Position numbers and translations under genes: made by a program | Notes under the pieces: generated by a model | Told to the model about the DNA's origin: nothing | Seen by the model: only the letters and a program-made list of their open reading frames with translations | Database searches by the model: none | Assembly (NCBI GenBank): GCA_029560465.1 | Contig: JAKQKX010000073.1 | Coordinates: forward strand, 15,411-79,410 | Direction: 5' to 3' | DNA: 64,000 nucleotides | From: Candidatus Omnitrophota bacterium | GTDB taxonomy: Bacteria; Omnitrophota; Gorgyraeia; Zapsychrales; JANLHA01 | Shown: piece by piece, positions 19,435 to 29,675 of the stretch | Position numbering within the stretch: position 1 is the stretch's first letter | Layout: every line of letters starts with the position of its first letter

Positions 19435-21246
19435 CTATGCCTTCGGAAGGGTAAACCAAAACCGGGAGCCGAAGTCTTCCGTGCTTTCCACCCCGACCCT
19501 TCCTTGGTGCTTTTCAACAATGTGCTTGACGATCGAAAGCCCCAGCCCCGTGCCCCCCAGCTGTCGGGACCGGGCTTTATCAACCCGGTAAAAACGTTCA
19601 AAAATCCGCGGGAGGTCCTTTTCGGGGATGCCTATGCCGGTGTCTTCCACGCACACCTTTACCTGGGAAGTCAAATCCTGACAAAAGATGATTACGGTCC
19701 CGTTGTCTCTGTTGAATTTAATGGCATTCTCAATGAGATTGCTGAAGACCTGATACAAATTATCCTTGTCGGCCAAGACAAAAAATTCAGGCGGAAGCTC
19801 GTTCTTGACGGTTAGACTTTTTTTCTGCCATTGAGGCCGCGCGTCGGCCAGGGCCGTGTCCGCCCAATAACGCAGGTTGTTTCTTTCCAGGCGGGAGGCA
19901 AATTCCTTGGACTCAAGGTGCGCCAGGGACAACAGATCATTCACCAGCGTGTGCAGTCGTTCCGCGTGGCTCTGAATAATCTTTAAAAAAGCGCGGTTAT
20001 TTTTCCGGTCTTCCAAAGCGCCGCCCAAGAGCGTCTCCACAAACCCCTTAATGGTGGTGAGCGGTGTTTTCAATTCATGGGAAACGTTCGCGACAAAATC
20101 CCTGCGCATGGTTTCCAGACGCTTGATTTCCGTAATATCATGGATCACGGCCAAGCACCCGTTAATAACCTCGCCCTCAAAAATGGGCGCCGCATTCATT
20201 TGGAACGTTTTTCGGACCGGCAAAACCAGACAAATTTCCCGGGACACGGATTCCCCTTCCCGCAAAACAGCGCCGATAATCTCGGCAATCTCATTATTGC
20301 GGATGGCCTCCAGAAAAGGCCGCCCCGCCACATCCCTGCCGGCGATCCCAAAAATCCTCTCAATCGCCGGGTTGATCGCAAGGATTCTCCCCGCCTTATC
20401 GGTGACCACAACGCCTTCGCCCATGCTGTTAAAAATAGCCGCCAACTGCTGATTGCGCGTGTTGAGCTCCTTTATTTTGTCTTCGATATGATGGGCCATC
20501 GTGTTTAAAGTCAGCGCCAGCTCGCTGATTTCGTCGTGGGAAACGGGAATGACACGGCAGCTAAAATCCCCCTCCGATAATCGTCGCGAAACCTGAATCA
20601 TGTGATTGATGGGCCGGATCGTCCTGGTAATAAAATATAATCCTAAAAAAAACACGAGGCCCAGTGCGATCAGCCCTCCGGAAACAACCGTCTTTCTGGT
20701 TATGTTTAAATTCCTTTCAACCTGTGTTAACGGGACAGCCAGCCTGACGGCCCCAAGGACCTGCTCCTGATCCTTAAGGGGAACGGCGACATAAAGCATG
20801 TTTTTTTTCAAAGTGAGCGAGTATCGGGCCTCAACGCCGATGGCCCCTGACAAGGCGGACCGGATCTCCGGGCGATCAAAATGGCTTTCCATTTCCGCAA
20901 TCTGTTTAACCCGTTTTTCTGAGTCAGCCAAAACCTTCCCCTGCTTTGAAACAACCGTAATCCGGCAACCGGCTTGAGCGCTTTGCTGAACCACGAAATC
21001 TTCCAACCGGCGGACGTCTTCATGAAGAAGGCTTCGCGGAAGGAGTTGATTCGCAAGCAGCCCGGCTTGGCTGACCAACAAAGTTTTTATTTCCTCCTGC
21101 ATATTTTCTTCGAGGTTCCTTTCCAGGAAAACAGCGACAAACCCAAATGAAATGAGAATAATGAAAAGACAGGATAAAACCAGCTTAAAAGTGAGGCTTC
21201 GAATGATTTTCATGGCGTGGAGGGAAAAATCACCCTTCGGAATCAA
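19435..21246 (-). CDS. phoR: Phosphate regulon sensor histidine kinase
   Basis: It has N-terminal transmembrane helices, a HAMP domain and a PAS domain. The HisKA H-box reads VSHELKTPLTTIKG, and the HATPase N/G boxes read NLIENAIKF and GGTGLGLSIV. It overlaps phoB by 17 nt. Confidence 0.8.
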   Translation of the reverse strand: MIPKGDFSLHAMKIIRSLTFKLVLSCLFIILISFGFVAVFLERNLEENMQEEIKTLLVSQAGLLANQLLPRSLLHEDVRRLEDFVVQQSAQAGCRITVVSKQGKVLADSEKRVKQIAEMESHFDRPEIRSALSGAIGVEARYSLTLKKNMLYVAVPLKDQEQVLGAVRLAVPLTQVERNLNITRKTVVSGGLIALGLVFFLGLYFITRTIRPINHMIQVSRRLSEGDFSCRVIPVSHDEISELALTLNTMAHHIEDKIKELNTRNQQLAAIFNSMGEGVVVTDKAGRILAINPAIERIFGIAGRDVAGRPFLEAIRNNEIAEIIGAVLREGESVSREICLVLPVRKTFQMNAAPIFEGEVINGCLAVIHDITEIKRLETMRRDFVANVSHELKTPLTTIKGFVETLLGGALEDRKNNRAFLKIIQSHAERLHTLVNDLLSLAHLESKEFASRLERNNLRYWADTALADARPQWQKKSLTVKNELPPEFFVLADKDNLYQVFSNLIENAIKFNRDNGTVIIFCQDLTSQVKVCVEDTGIGIPEKDLPRIFERFYRVDKARSRQLGGTGLGLSIVKHIVEKHQGRVGVESTEDFGSRFWFTLPKA

Positions 21247-21949
21247 ACCGATAACCGTAATTTTTTACCGTAATGATATGCCCGGCCGCGGCGCGGATTT
21301 TTTTGCGCAATGTCGTGACATGGACATCTACAGTGCGCGTCTGAATTTCGGTGGCGTGATCCAGGCCCCACACGGTATCCAGAAGATAATCCCGGGACAG
21401 GACCCGGCCCCGGGCCTGAATCAATGTTTTAAGTAGTTCAAACTCTTTAGCTGTCAGGTCAACAACCTTATCTTTAAAAGTAACCCTGATCCGGGAAAAA
21501 TCAATGGCCAAATCCCCGATCCTCAATATTTCCGGCGTCTGGCGCTGTCTTTGGCTGCGGCGTAAAACAGCCTTGATCCGGGCCGACAGCTCTCTCGGGC
21601 TAAATGGTTTAGTCACATAGTCGTCGGCCCCCAGCTCCAAGCCGACAATTTTATCCGCCTCCTGACTCTTGGCGGTCAGCATAATGATCGGAACAGCGGC
21701 CGTTTGGCCATGCTTACGAAGCTCCTGACAAACCGCAAACCCGTCCATGCCGGGAAGCATCAGGTCAAGGAGAATGAGGTCCGGCTGCCCCTGAACGGCA
21801 GCCCGGACCACCTCCTCGCCATTGGAAACCGCGACAGTACGGTAACCTTCCTTCTGAAGGTTATACTCCAACATTTTGACAATGTCTTTTTCGTCTTCAA
21901 CAATCAGAATGAGAACGTTCATTTTTGAAAGTTTGTGCCCACAGTTCAT
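21230..21949 (-). CDS. phoB: OmpR/PhoB-family response regulator
   Basis: The receiver reads LIVEDEKDIV...ILLDLMLPGMDG. The winged-helix region reads RVLSRDYLLDTVWG. The likely start is the ATG at 21922. Confidence 0.85.
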   Translation of the reverse strand: MNCGHKLSKMNVLILIVEDEKDIVKMLEYNLQKEGYRTVAVSNGEEVVRAAVQGQPDLILLDLMLPGMDGFAVCQELRKHGQTAAVPIIMLTAKSQEADKIVGLELGADDYVTKPFSPRELSARIKAVLRRSQRQRQTPEILRIGDLAIDFSRIRVTFKDKVVDLTAKEFELLKTLIQARGRVLSRDYLLDTVWGLDHATEIQTRTVDVHVTTLRKKIRAAAGHIITVKNYGYRFDSEG

Positions 21950-22078
21950 AATCCGGGTTTATTCTAACAGACATTTGCCGATCAACCAAACAATAGTCCC
22001 GGCCCGTTCGGCGCGAAAAACCAGCCCGATATCTTACCGAATGCTCGACCCTATCCCAATAGACGTGAACCAGCGCCG

Positions 22079-22864
22079 TCAAGGTTCTAAGGGCCTATTT
22101 GCTGTGCCTCCCGGATATCCCACCGACTGCGCCAAAAGGATCTTCTGATCATCCCGCAATTTCATCGCCGTGGCTAACGCCGGCTTATCAATGGCCCCGC
22201 GCACAACCGTCACCAATCCCGCAGAAGCACAATATAAATAGACGTTCTGCCCGATAAAACCCGCATCAGCCGCCGTATAAAAATCAACCTCACTTCCGGA
22301 AATCTTTCTGATTTTCGAAAAATCAGCCACATAAATCAGGTTGACCGGAACCTCTTTAACAAACGCCTGCCGGCCAGTTAAGCCTCTGATGTCCTCTCCG
22401 GAAACCGGCAGCAACACATTTTCTTCGGCGTCGAACAGATACACGCCGTCCGACTTGGCTACATAAATATCAATTTCCTGCATATTCATAACCGATGGCG
22501 CTGTCCGGCCCCCTGATTCCGGGCGGTTCATTCCGTTGGCCGCCCAAAGCAAATCTGAAAGAACCGGCAAAGGCAATTCTTTGGGGCTGAACGCCCGGGA
22601 ACTCCTTCGTTCCTTTAAGGCCTGCATCAAAGGCATGCCGCCGGTTGTCCGCGGGTTAAGAAGTTTTATCGGTTGAATTTCCTGCCCGGAAACCGGCGCG
22701 CCAGAAGCCAGCAGGGCAAAGGCAATCAAGGTGCTGACCAAACCGAATTCTGTCTTCATCATCCCTCCTTGTTTTTGGCCGCTTATACCGGTCACGCTCT
22801 TCCCAGGGGCGTTAGGAGCCCTTCTTTTATGGCTTTCTCTGCCGCCGCATATCCTGAATCCCAT
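22079..22864 (-). CDS. Nitroreductase-family (SagB-type dehydrogenase-like) protein with an N-terminal signal-peptide-like segment
   Basis: The fold shows ERRSSRAF...LLWAANG...GxxG. A probable start at 22762 (MMKTEF...) gives a hydrophobic leader ALLASGAPVSG. Confidence 0.65.
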   Translation of the reverse strand: MGFRICGGRESHKRRAPNAPGKSVTGISGQKQGGMMKTEFGLVSTLIAFALLASGAPVSGQEIQPIKLLNPRTTGGMPLMQALKERRSSRAFSPKELPLPVLSDLLWAANGMNRPESGGRTAPSVMNMQEIDIYVAKSDGVYLFDAEENVLLPVSGEDIRGLTGRQAFVKEVPVNLIYVADFSKIRKISGSEVDFYTAADAGFIGQNVYLYCASAGLVTVVRGAIDKPALATAMKLRDDQKILLAQSVGYPGGTANRPLEP

Positions 22865-23790
22865 AAAAACGTCTTATCCGTTTCTGCAAGGTCAAAATCA
22901 ATGGTTGATATTTTACCCGTCGGAATGGGGATGGTCCTGGCCCACTTCGCTTCTTGCACATGCACCCTTTCGTGAGCGACCTGCATGGTTTCAAAAATGC
23001 GCAATAAATAGGCAAAAATATTGGCGGGGACTTTGGGCGCGAGGGTCTGTTCTTCCGAAATAAGCTTAAGCCCGATCGTGGTCGCGAGCCCTCCCTGATC
23101 ATTAAACGTGTCGATAGGGTAGTTCGCCAGGATACCGCCGTCGACGATAAAAGAGCCTTTATTAAAAAACCTCCCCCGAAAAAACAAAGGAAGGCTCATG
23201 GACTGGCGGACCGCTTCGGCGACTTCCATGTCCGGAGTGGCGTCTTTATCATACCGCACGAGGGTTTGATGAACGATATCCACAGCAAAAACACGGAGGT
23301 ACGTCTTAACAGACCGGAAATCGGTAACGCCTTTCTCTTTTAACAACCCCTTCATCCAGGCGTAAAAGGCCTCTGTCGAAAATAAACCATACCCGCCCCA
23401 ACGGCAAAAAACGGACCAGAGCCGGAACGCATTCTTGCTCAAAAAAAATCTACCCAGGCCCTGCCTGAACAACGACCGCATATCCGCGAAATCATTAAAA
23501 TCCTTATTCCAAACGATGTCTTTTAATTCGCCAACCAAATAACCCGCCGCCACCAGAGACGCGGTGATCGCACCGGCGGATGTCCCGGCCACGCGCCCCA
23601 ACACAACGCCCTCCTCCTCCAGCCGCTTTAAAGCGCCGACCAAGGCGATCCCTTTCACCCCGCCGCCTTCAAAGACCCCGTCAAAAAGCATGTTGGGCAT
23701 AAAGGCCTCCTTTTGATTCCCAACCAACATCCATTTTAAACGGCAAGGATCAAGGAGCCTGTTTGCTGCCTCGCCGCCACGCGCACTCAA
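22792..23790 (-). CDS. Patatin-like phospholipase
   Basis: It has the oxyanion motif GGGVKG, the lipase motif GTSAG (GxSxG) and a catalytic DGG (IVDGGIL). The probable start is at 23700. Confidence 0.8.
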   Translation of the reverse strand: MSARGGEAANRLLDPCRLKWMLVGNQKEAFMPNMLFDGVFEGGGVKGIALVGALKRLEEEGVVLGRVAGTSAGAITASLVAAGYLVGELKDIVWNKDFNDFADMRSLFRQGLGRFFLSKNAFRLWSVFCRWGGYGLFSTEAFYAWMKGLLKEKGVTDFRSVKTYLRVFAVDIVHQTLVRYDKDATPDMEVAEAVRQSMSLPLFFRGRFFNKGSFIVDGGILANYPIDTFNDQGGLATTIGLKLISEEQTLAPKVPANIFAYLLRIFETMQVAHERVHVQEAKWARTIPIPTGKISTIDFDLAETDKTFLWDSGYAAAEKAIKEGLLTPLGRA

Positions 23791-24061
23791 GGAAAATCAA
23801 TTTCAGTTTATATCATACGGCCCCTTTTAACAACCCTAAATCATCCGCCTCTTTATAGACGCCTAAACAGCTTCAGGGGTTTCCCCGCGGCCCGCGGCCA
23901 TATCGCCAAACGTGGGAGACAACACCCGACATAAAAAATCCTGATTCTCAACGAGAACCAGGGTCTATTCCGGGCCCCGACCACTCCGATTTTATGCGAA
24001 AGGCTTTATCGCCCCTTCCTAGAAAGGAGCGGGAAAAATCCTTTTATTTCCATAAAAAGCG

Positions 24062-25402
24062 TTAACCAAAATTCGCCGGTTGGCCGGTCGAAGATAAAAC
24101 GCTGCGCCACATATCGCTGTCCAGGGAAATCCTCTGGCGCGAGGCTGTCGCCATCTCCATCGGGACATGGACAAACTGCCGCCTCAGGCTAACAATCATG
24201 TCCGTCCTGCCGGACATGGCCGCATGCACGGCATGACGCGCATACAAATCACAAAGTTTGCTGTCATCGGTGTTGGCGGCAACGCTGCGTATATAATAGC
24301 TGGGGTCAATATATTTCAGGCTGATCGGGATATTCTCACCGGAAAAATACACCGCAATTCTTTCTTTTAAAAACAGTCCGATATCCTTGTGCAAAACATT
24401 GCCCGAGGCATCCACCTCCCGGTTTCCGACTAAAAGATCCTGTCCCGCCCCCTCCGCAACCACGATAAGGGCGTGTCGCCTTTTTAAAATGCGTTCCTTC
24501 AGGAACACCAGAAACCCCCCTTCCCCGTCGACCTTGAACGGCAATTCCGGGATCAGGACGAAATTGACCTGTTGGCTGGCCAGCGTAGCCCCGGCGGCGA
24601 TGAACCCCGCGTCCCGGCCCATCAGCTTGACCAGGGCCACCCCATTGGGATAGCTTCTCGCCTCCGCATGCGCCGCGTCGAGGACGCCCCGCGCCCGGTC
24701 AATAGCCGTGGTCACGCCAAAAGAGCGGTCGACATAAAGGACATCATTATCGATCGTTTTTGGAACACCGACCACCCCTATCTTTAACCCCCTGCGGCGC
24801 GCCTCCCGGGAAATCTCTAACGCGCCCCGCTGTGTCCCATCACCGCCAATTGTAAATAAAACATCTATCTTCTGCCCTGACAAAAAATCAACGATACGCT
24901 CCACGGAGGGGGTGCCCCTGGAACACCCCAGAACTGAACCGCCCTGACGGTCAATCCCGTCGACATTTTGCGGAGTAAGCGCGGTCCAGGGCTTTAGCGG
25001 GCTCTCTCCCATCCCCTGATAACCGTAAGGAATCCCACAGATATCCCGCACGCCGTAATTATGGTAAAGCTCCAGCACCAGCGACCGGATCACATTATTC
25101 AAACCCGGACAAAGCCCGCCGCAGGTTACAATAGCCACGCGCATCTCGGCCGGGTTAAAAAAAATCTTCTCTCTGGGCCCCGCCTTTTCAAAGGCCAGGT
25201 CCTCATCCGCGCACTCCGCCCCGACTTCGATACGGTTCAAAACTCTCGAGCTCTCGCTGGTAAAATTTGGCAAAGCGTCACCCCTCACGTGATTAAGAAG
25301 GAGGGGCGAATCCACCATCCCTTCCCCGAGTTTCATAATCATGACATTTTTCACAGGGCTCCTCCTTATCGTTCGCCTAGCCCCGGAGGTTGTTTGTACC
25401 AA
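24062..25402 (-). CDS. pfk: 6-phosphofructokinase (long PfkA family form, possibly PPi-dependent)
   Basis: RVAIVTCGGLCPGLNNVIR, TIGGDGT and PKTIDNDV are present. The Lys in PKTIDND is typical of PPi-PFKs, while the GGDG motif is typical of ATP-PFKs. Confidence 0.85.
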   Translation of the reverse strand: MVQTTSGARRTIRRSPVKNVMIMKLGEGMVDSPLLLNHVRGDALPNFTSESSRVLNRIEVGAECADEDLAFEKAGPREKIFFNPAEMRVAIVTCGGLCPGLNNVIRSLVLELYHNYGVRDICGIPYGYQGMGESPLKPWTALTPQNVDGIDRQGGSVLGCSRGTPSVERIVDFLSGQKIDVLFTIGGDGTQRGALEISREARRRGLKIGVVGVPKTIDNDVLYVDRSFGVTTAIDRARGVLDAAHAEARSYPNGVALVKLMGRDAGFIAAGATLASQQVNFVLIPELPFKVDGEGGFLVFLKERILKRRHALIVVAEGAGQDLLVGNREVDASGNVLHKDIGLFLKERIAVYFSGENIPISLKYIDPSYYIRSVAANTDDSKLCDLYARHAVHAAMSGRTDMIVSLRRQFVHVPMEMATASRQRISLDSDMWRSVLSSTGQPANFG

Positions 25403-25898
25403 ACATAACCCTCCACGGCTTCTTTAAATCCCAAATCAAAAAACTTTCTCATCTCAACCAGGCCAAAAAACTCTTTGGGTTTCGACGCCGGGGCCTCTGG
25501 AATATACGCGAGATTAATCTCCCCGCTGCCGTTTTAGTAAAAACTTGTATTTAACACACGCCCGGGGCGTTGACCGTTGCGTCAATCGTGCGGTGGTCAG
25601 GGGCCTCCTTATAGAAAAGATCAACAGAACCGTTTCTTTATGACACAATTTTTGTATTGAATCTTAAAGGCGTCAAGCCCTTTTTCTTTAATAGCGTTCT
25701 CAAAGCCCCATAAAACATCACACAAAAAAGCAGTTATTTCATTATCCCGCCGCGCCTCGCTCGTGTTCTCCTCGAAAAACGCCACCCCGCGTTTTCCTGC
25801 CCTGACAACCGGATACAATCCTTTTCAAAAGAATCACCCGGAACGCCATTGACCGCGCGGATATCCTCCATGCCGTAAACCCGGGCGCTTCTGGATAT

Positions 25899-28800
25899 TT
25901 AATTAGCCATCCGGATGTTCCGCTTCAAGCACGCAGACAGTTTTTTTCGAAAAAGGTCAACAGCCCAGTAAGCCACCGGGGTGAAGATAAAAGTAAAAAA
26001 TATAGACGCAAGCAGGCCCCCCATCATGACCATGCCCATCGATGATTTGTGGGGCATGCCCGACCCCAACTGCGGCAAGACTCCCAGGACGATCGCCAGC
26101 GAAGTCATAATAATGGCGCGGAACTTGGTGGAAGCCCCCAGCCACAACGCCTCAACCACCGGCACGCCTTCCTTCATTTTTAATTCCGTATAGTCTAAAA
26201 GCAAAATCGAGTTATTAACCACCAACCCGACCACCATGACCATCCCCAGCATGGAGGCGATATTGATCGAACCGTCCAGGAAAAACAGGGTCAAAAAAAT
26301 CCCGATAAACGACGTGGCAACGGAAGAAAGGATAACGAGTGGGGTTGAAAAAGAATTCGACAAAGCGCACAGCAGCATGTACGTCAGGATCACGGCGAGG
26401 ATAAAGGCCTTGCCGATCTCCTGGCTGGATTCCGCCCCGCGCTCGGCCATCTCAACGTATTTATACGAATAACCCTTCTCAAACGGGATATCCTTAAAGA
26501 TCTCCTTATCCAGGAGGTTCATGACATACCCGGTGTTCGACTTGGCCAGATAACCCTCGAGGCGGATGGCCCGTTGCTTGTCCCGGTGGCGGATCATCGG
26601 GATGGACTTGTCATGTTGCAGCGTGCCAAGCTCGACCACAGGAACCATGCCTTTTTTTGTGATCACGTCGATCTGGCTGATGTCGTCCATGTCTTCGGCG
26701 TACCGATCATCCAGTTCGACGTTTATATCGTACTCTTCGCCGCCTTCCTTATAAACGTTATCGTCATTTCCGTAAACAGATGACCGGATGATGTCCCCGA
26801 TCACAATGTCCTGGATCCCGTGCTCAATCAGCTGTTTTTGGTCAGGGATGAACCTGACCTCGTTTTTAGGCGTTCGATAGGACGATTTAACTCCTCGGAA
26901 ATACCCGCTCTCCTCCATCCCCTGTTTCATCGCGTTGGACAGGGCGATCATCTTCTCATAATCCAGGCCGTAGACATCGATCGAGATGTCTCCCGCCATC
27001 ATACCCCGCGACTCACCCCGTTCGAGCATGATTTCCGCGTCGGGAATCTGCGCCACAAAAGGAATCAGTTCATTGATAATATCGGCATCACTGCGGGTCC
27101 TTTTTGAGGAAGGGACCAGGTTGATGACGATAGCGGAATTCTCAACGCCCTCTTCACCAATAGAAGTCAAATAAGACTCTTTTTCAGGGATATCCTGGAT
27201 GCGTTTCTCAACAATTTTCGTCACTTCCAGCGTACGGTCAATCGTTGATCCTTGAGGCATTTCGATCTTAACGGTAATTATATCTTCATCCCATATAGGC
27301 ATAAAATCGTTCGCAATATACGGAAGGATATGTTGCATGGAAAGGATCATGAGGGCGATCAGCCCGACCGTCGCTTTTGGAAACCGAAAAACAAGGGTGA
27401 ATATTTTCTGATATTCCTCTTTCAAAAAATCCATGGCCTTATTCGTCTGCGCGAACATCCAGAAGAAAGGATTCCTCGGACGCTTCTTCGCCGTGGCCGG
27501 GGCTCTTTTCCTCAACATCAGGCTGCACAACATCGGCGTAAGGGAAAAAGAAGCAAGGATGGAAAAGAGCGTAGCGAAGACAACGGTCAATCCGAAAGAC
27601 TGAAAAAATTGTCCGATCATCCCGCTCATGAACGCAATCGGCGTGAAAACGACAAGGTTCGTTCCGGCTGACGCCCAGATGGCCGTGGTGACCTCTTGGG
27701 TGCCGTTGATCGAGGCCTGGACATGGTCGTCGCCTTTGTCGAGATGCACCAGGACATTCTCAACGATAATGATGGCATTCGAGATCAAAGTCCCCAAGAC
27801 CGTCGCGATGCCCAAAAGTGTCATCATGTTGATGGTAAAACCGGAAATATCCATAAGAAAAAGCGTTGAAACAATCGACGTCGGGATGGCGATCGAAGTG
27901 ATGACCGTCAGGCTTGCGCGGCCGGTAAACAGATAAAGGATAACGACAGTTAAAAGGATCCCTGTCAAAATATTAAGATAGGTATCATTGGTCTCGGCGA
28001 TAATGAAATCCGTCGTGTCGGTCGCGATCTCAAGGGTGACGCCTTCCGGAAGCAGCCCCCGGAATTCATCAAGGAAGCGCCGGACCTGTTTGGCAATGTC
28101 AATGGCGTTCCCATCTGAGACCTTCTTGAGCGAAAGGCCCACGACATCCTTGCCGTTGAACCTTGCCATGGTCTCGACTTTCTTGAAGCTATCCTCAACC
28201 CGGGCGATTTCCTTTAAAGGAAAGCTTCGGCCGTCCTGCGAGATGACCGTCATTTCCGCAAGCTCCTGCGGGTTCTTGAATTCCCCTAAAAATCGCAGGC
28301 TCACGGCGGTGTTCCCTTTTTCAAGAAGCCCCCCCGGAACGTTTTTATTTTTAGCGGCGATACTATTGATGACATCGCGGATCGTGATATAACGCTGTTT
28401 CATCAGCATGGGATCCAGGATGACGTTGATCTGCCTTTTCTTCCCGCCGTAAATATCGACATTGGCAACGCCCTCGATGGATGAAAAACGGTCCTTCAGC
28501 TTTTTGTCAGCGAATTCATAAAGATCCCGGCCATCCAGCCTGTCGCTCGAAAGGACCAAATCCAGAACAGGGACCATCAGCGGATCATATTTGGCGATGA
28601 CGGGCTTCTCCATATCATCGGGCAGGTTGTTAAGGATCGCCTCCACCTTGTCTTTAACCTCGATGAGCTTGATATTAACGTCGGAGGACATTAAAAATTC
28701 CACAAAAACATAGCCGAAATTGTCATAAGACTGGCTCCTGACCTGCTTGATATCGGAGAGCTCGGCAACCGCGTCCTCAATCTTGTTGACGACCAGGGTC

Positions 28801-28973
28801 TCGATCTCCAGGGGTGTTGCCCCGGGGTACGTGGCCGTGACGGTCACGATCGGGAAATCGATCTCCGGCGTTTCTTCAACCCTAAGATTAAAAAAAGAAA
28901 CGAGCCCCAGCACAATAAACACGGAAACGAACATGATCGTCGTCACCGGTCGCCGGACAAAAAACTCTATCAT
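25899..28973 (-). CDS. RND family (HAE1/AcrB-like) efflux transporter permease
   Basis: The 1024-aa ORF has 12 transmembrane helices in two halves and large periplasmic loops. The N-terminus MIEFFVRRPVTTIMFVS is typical of the family. Confidence 0.9.
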   Translation of the reverse strand: MIEFFVRRPVTTIMFVSVFIVLGLVSFFNLRVEETPEIDFPIVTVTATYPGATPLEIETLVVNKIEDAVAELSDIKQVRSQSYDNFGYVFVEFLMSSDVNIKLIEVKDKVEAILNNLPDDMEKPVIAKYDPLMVPVLDLVLSSDRLDGRDLYEFADKKLKDRFSSIEGVANVDIYGGKKRQINVILDPMLMKQRYITIRDVINSIAAKNKNVPGGLLEKGNTAVSLRFLGEFKNPQELAEMTVISQDGRSFPLKEIARVEDSFKKVETMARFNGKDVVGLSLKKVSDGNAIDIAKQVRRFLDEFRGLLPEGVTLEIATDTTDFIIAETNDTYLNILTGILLTVVILYLFTGRASLTVITSIAIPTSIVSTLFLMDISGFTINMMTLLGIATVLGTLISNAIIIVENVLVHLDKGDDHVQASINGTQEVTTAIWASAGTNLVVFTPIAFMSGMIGQFFQSFGLTVVFATLFSILASFSLTPMLCSLMLRKRAPATAKKRPRNPFFWMFAQTNKAMDFLKEEYQKIFTLVFRFPKATVGLIALMILSMQHILPYIANDFMPIWDEDIITVKIEMPQGSTIDRTLEVTKIVEKRIQDIPEKESYLTSIGEEGVENSAIVINLVPSSKRTRSDADIINELIPFVAQIPDAEIMLERGESRGMMAGDISIDVYGLDYEKMIALSNAMKQGMEESGYFRGVKSSYRTPKNEVRFIPDQKQLIEHGIQDIVIGDIIRSSVYGNDDNVYKEGGEEYDINVELDDRYAEDMDDISQIDVITKKGMVPVVELGTLQHDKSIPMIRHRDKQRAIRLEGYLAKSNTGYVMNLLDKEIFKDIPFEKGYSYKYVEMAERGAESSQEIGKAFILAVILTYMLLCALSNSFSTPLVILSSVATSFIGIFLTLFFLDGSINIASMLGMVMVVGLVVNNSILLLDYTELKMKEGVPVVEALWLGASTKFRAIIMTSLAIVLGVLPQLGSGMPHKSSMGMVMMGGLLASIFFTFIFTPVAYWAVDLFRKKLSACLKRNIRMAN

Positions 28974-29000
28974 TTCAGGACTCCTTCATCTTAACGCTCT

Positions 29001-29675
29001 TTATAAGGCCCCAGCTACCTCTAAAATATTTAATTTATCATTTTCCCGCAGCGGCGTGATCCCCCGCAGAATAACGATGTCCCCTTCCTGCAATCCTTGA
29101 TCGATAATGGCGCCATAGCCATTGCGCTGCTTGATGACAACGCGCCTCTTGTAAGCGCGATCATTTTTCGCGATCCACAAAACATTTTGATCCCCCTGCC
29201 GGTCAACGGCTGAGTTCGGCACGCAGATAACCCCGGAGACGAAACCCGTCTTGATATACGCGATAACAGGCTGCTGAGTTGCCTTGCTCCGGTTTTTAAA
29301 GGAAAGCGTGACTCGAAACATGCCCGAGTTTATGTCCAACCCTTCGTCCACGGCGGCAACCGTCCCCTGGATTTTTTCACCACCTTCCATAATATAAAAA
29401 GGCTGGCCCGGCTGCAATTTCACGCGGATCGACCGGGGAACATACGCTTCATAGGTATTTCCGGAATGTTGGACAACGGATATCTTCGTATACAAATCAA
29501 CCGTGCTTTTTACGGCTTTAGCAACAACAACCGGTTTCCCTTTTTCCTGCCACTCGGAGAAAGTGCTGATCGTCTTGAGGCTTCGCCGGGCCTTGATAGC
29601 GCTCTGTTTCATCACCGTTGCACAAACAAACACAATGACGCCGGCAAGACAAACTAAGAGCATTCTTTTACTCAT
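29001..29675 (-). CDS. Short periplasmic adaptor (membrane fusion) subunit of the RND system
   Basis: The 224-aa ORF has a signal anchor and beta-barrel/lipoyl-like segments. It is about 150 aa shorter than a typical AcrA and lacks an evident alpha-hairpin. Confidence 0.65.
   Translation of the reverse strand: MSKRMLLVCLAGVIVFVCATVMKQSAIKARRSLKTISTFSEWQEKGKPVVVAKAVKSTVDLYTKISVVQHSGNTYEAYVPRSIRVKLQPGQPFYIMEGGEKIQGTVAAVDEGLDINSGMFRVTLSFKNRSKATQQPVIAYIKTGFVSGVICVPNSAVDRQGDQNVLWIAKNDRAYKRRVVIKQRNGYGAIIDQGLQEGDIVILRGITPLRENDKLNILEVAGAL

Noticed and set aside
22792-23790. Patatin-like phospholipase as a CBASS CapV-type defence effector
   Set aside because: There is no adjacent cGAS/DncV-like nucleotidyltransferase or other CBASS component. 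Its neighbours are a nitroreductase-like protein and pfk.
25621-25818. 65-aa minus-strand ORF as a real gene
   Set aside because: It has no recognisable motif and no RBS, and it is isolated in a gap. It is more likely a remnant or chance ORF.
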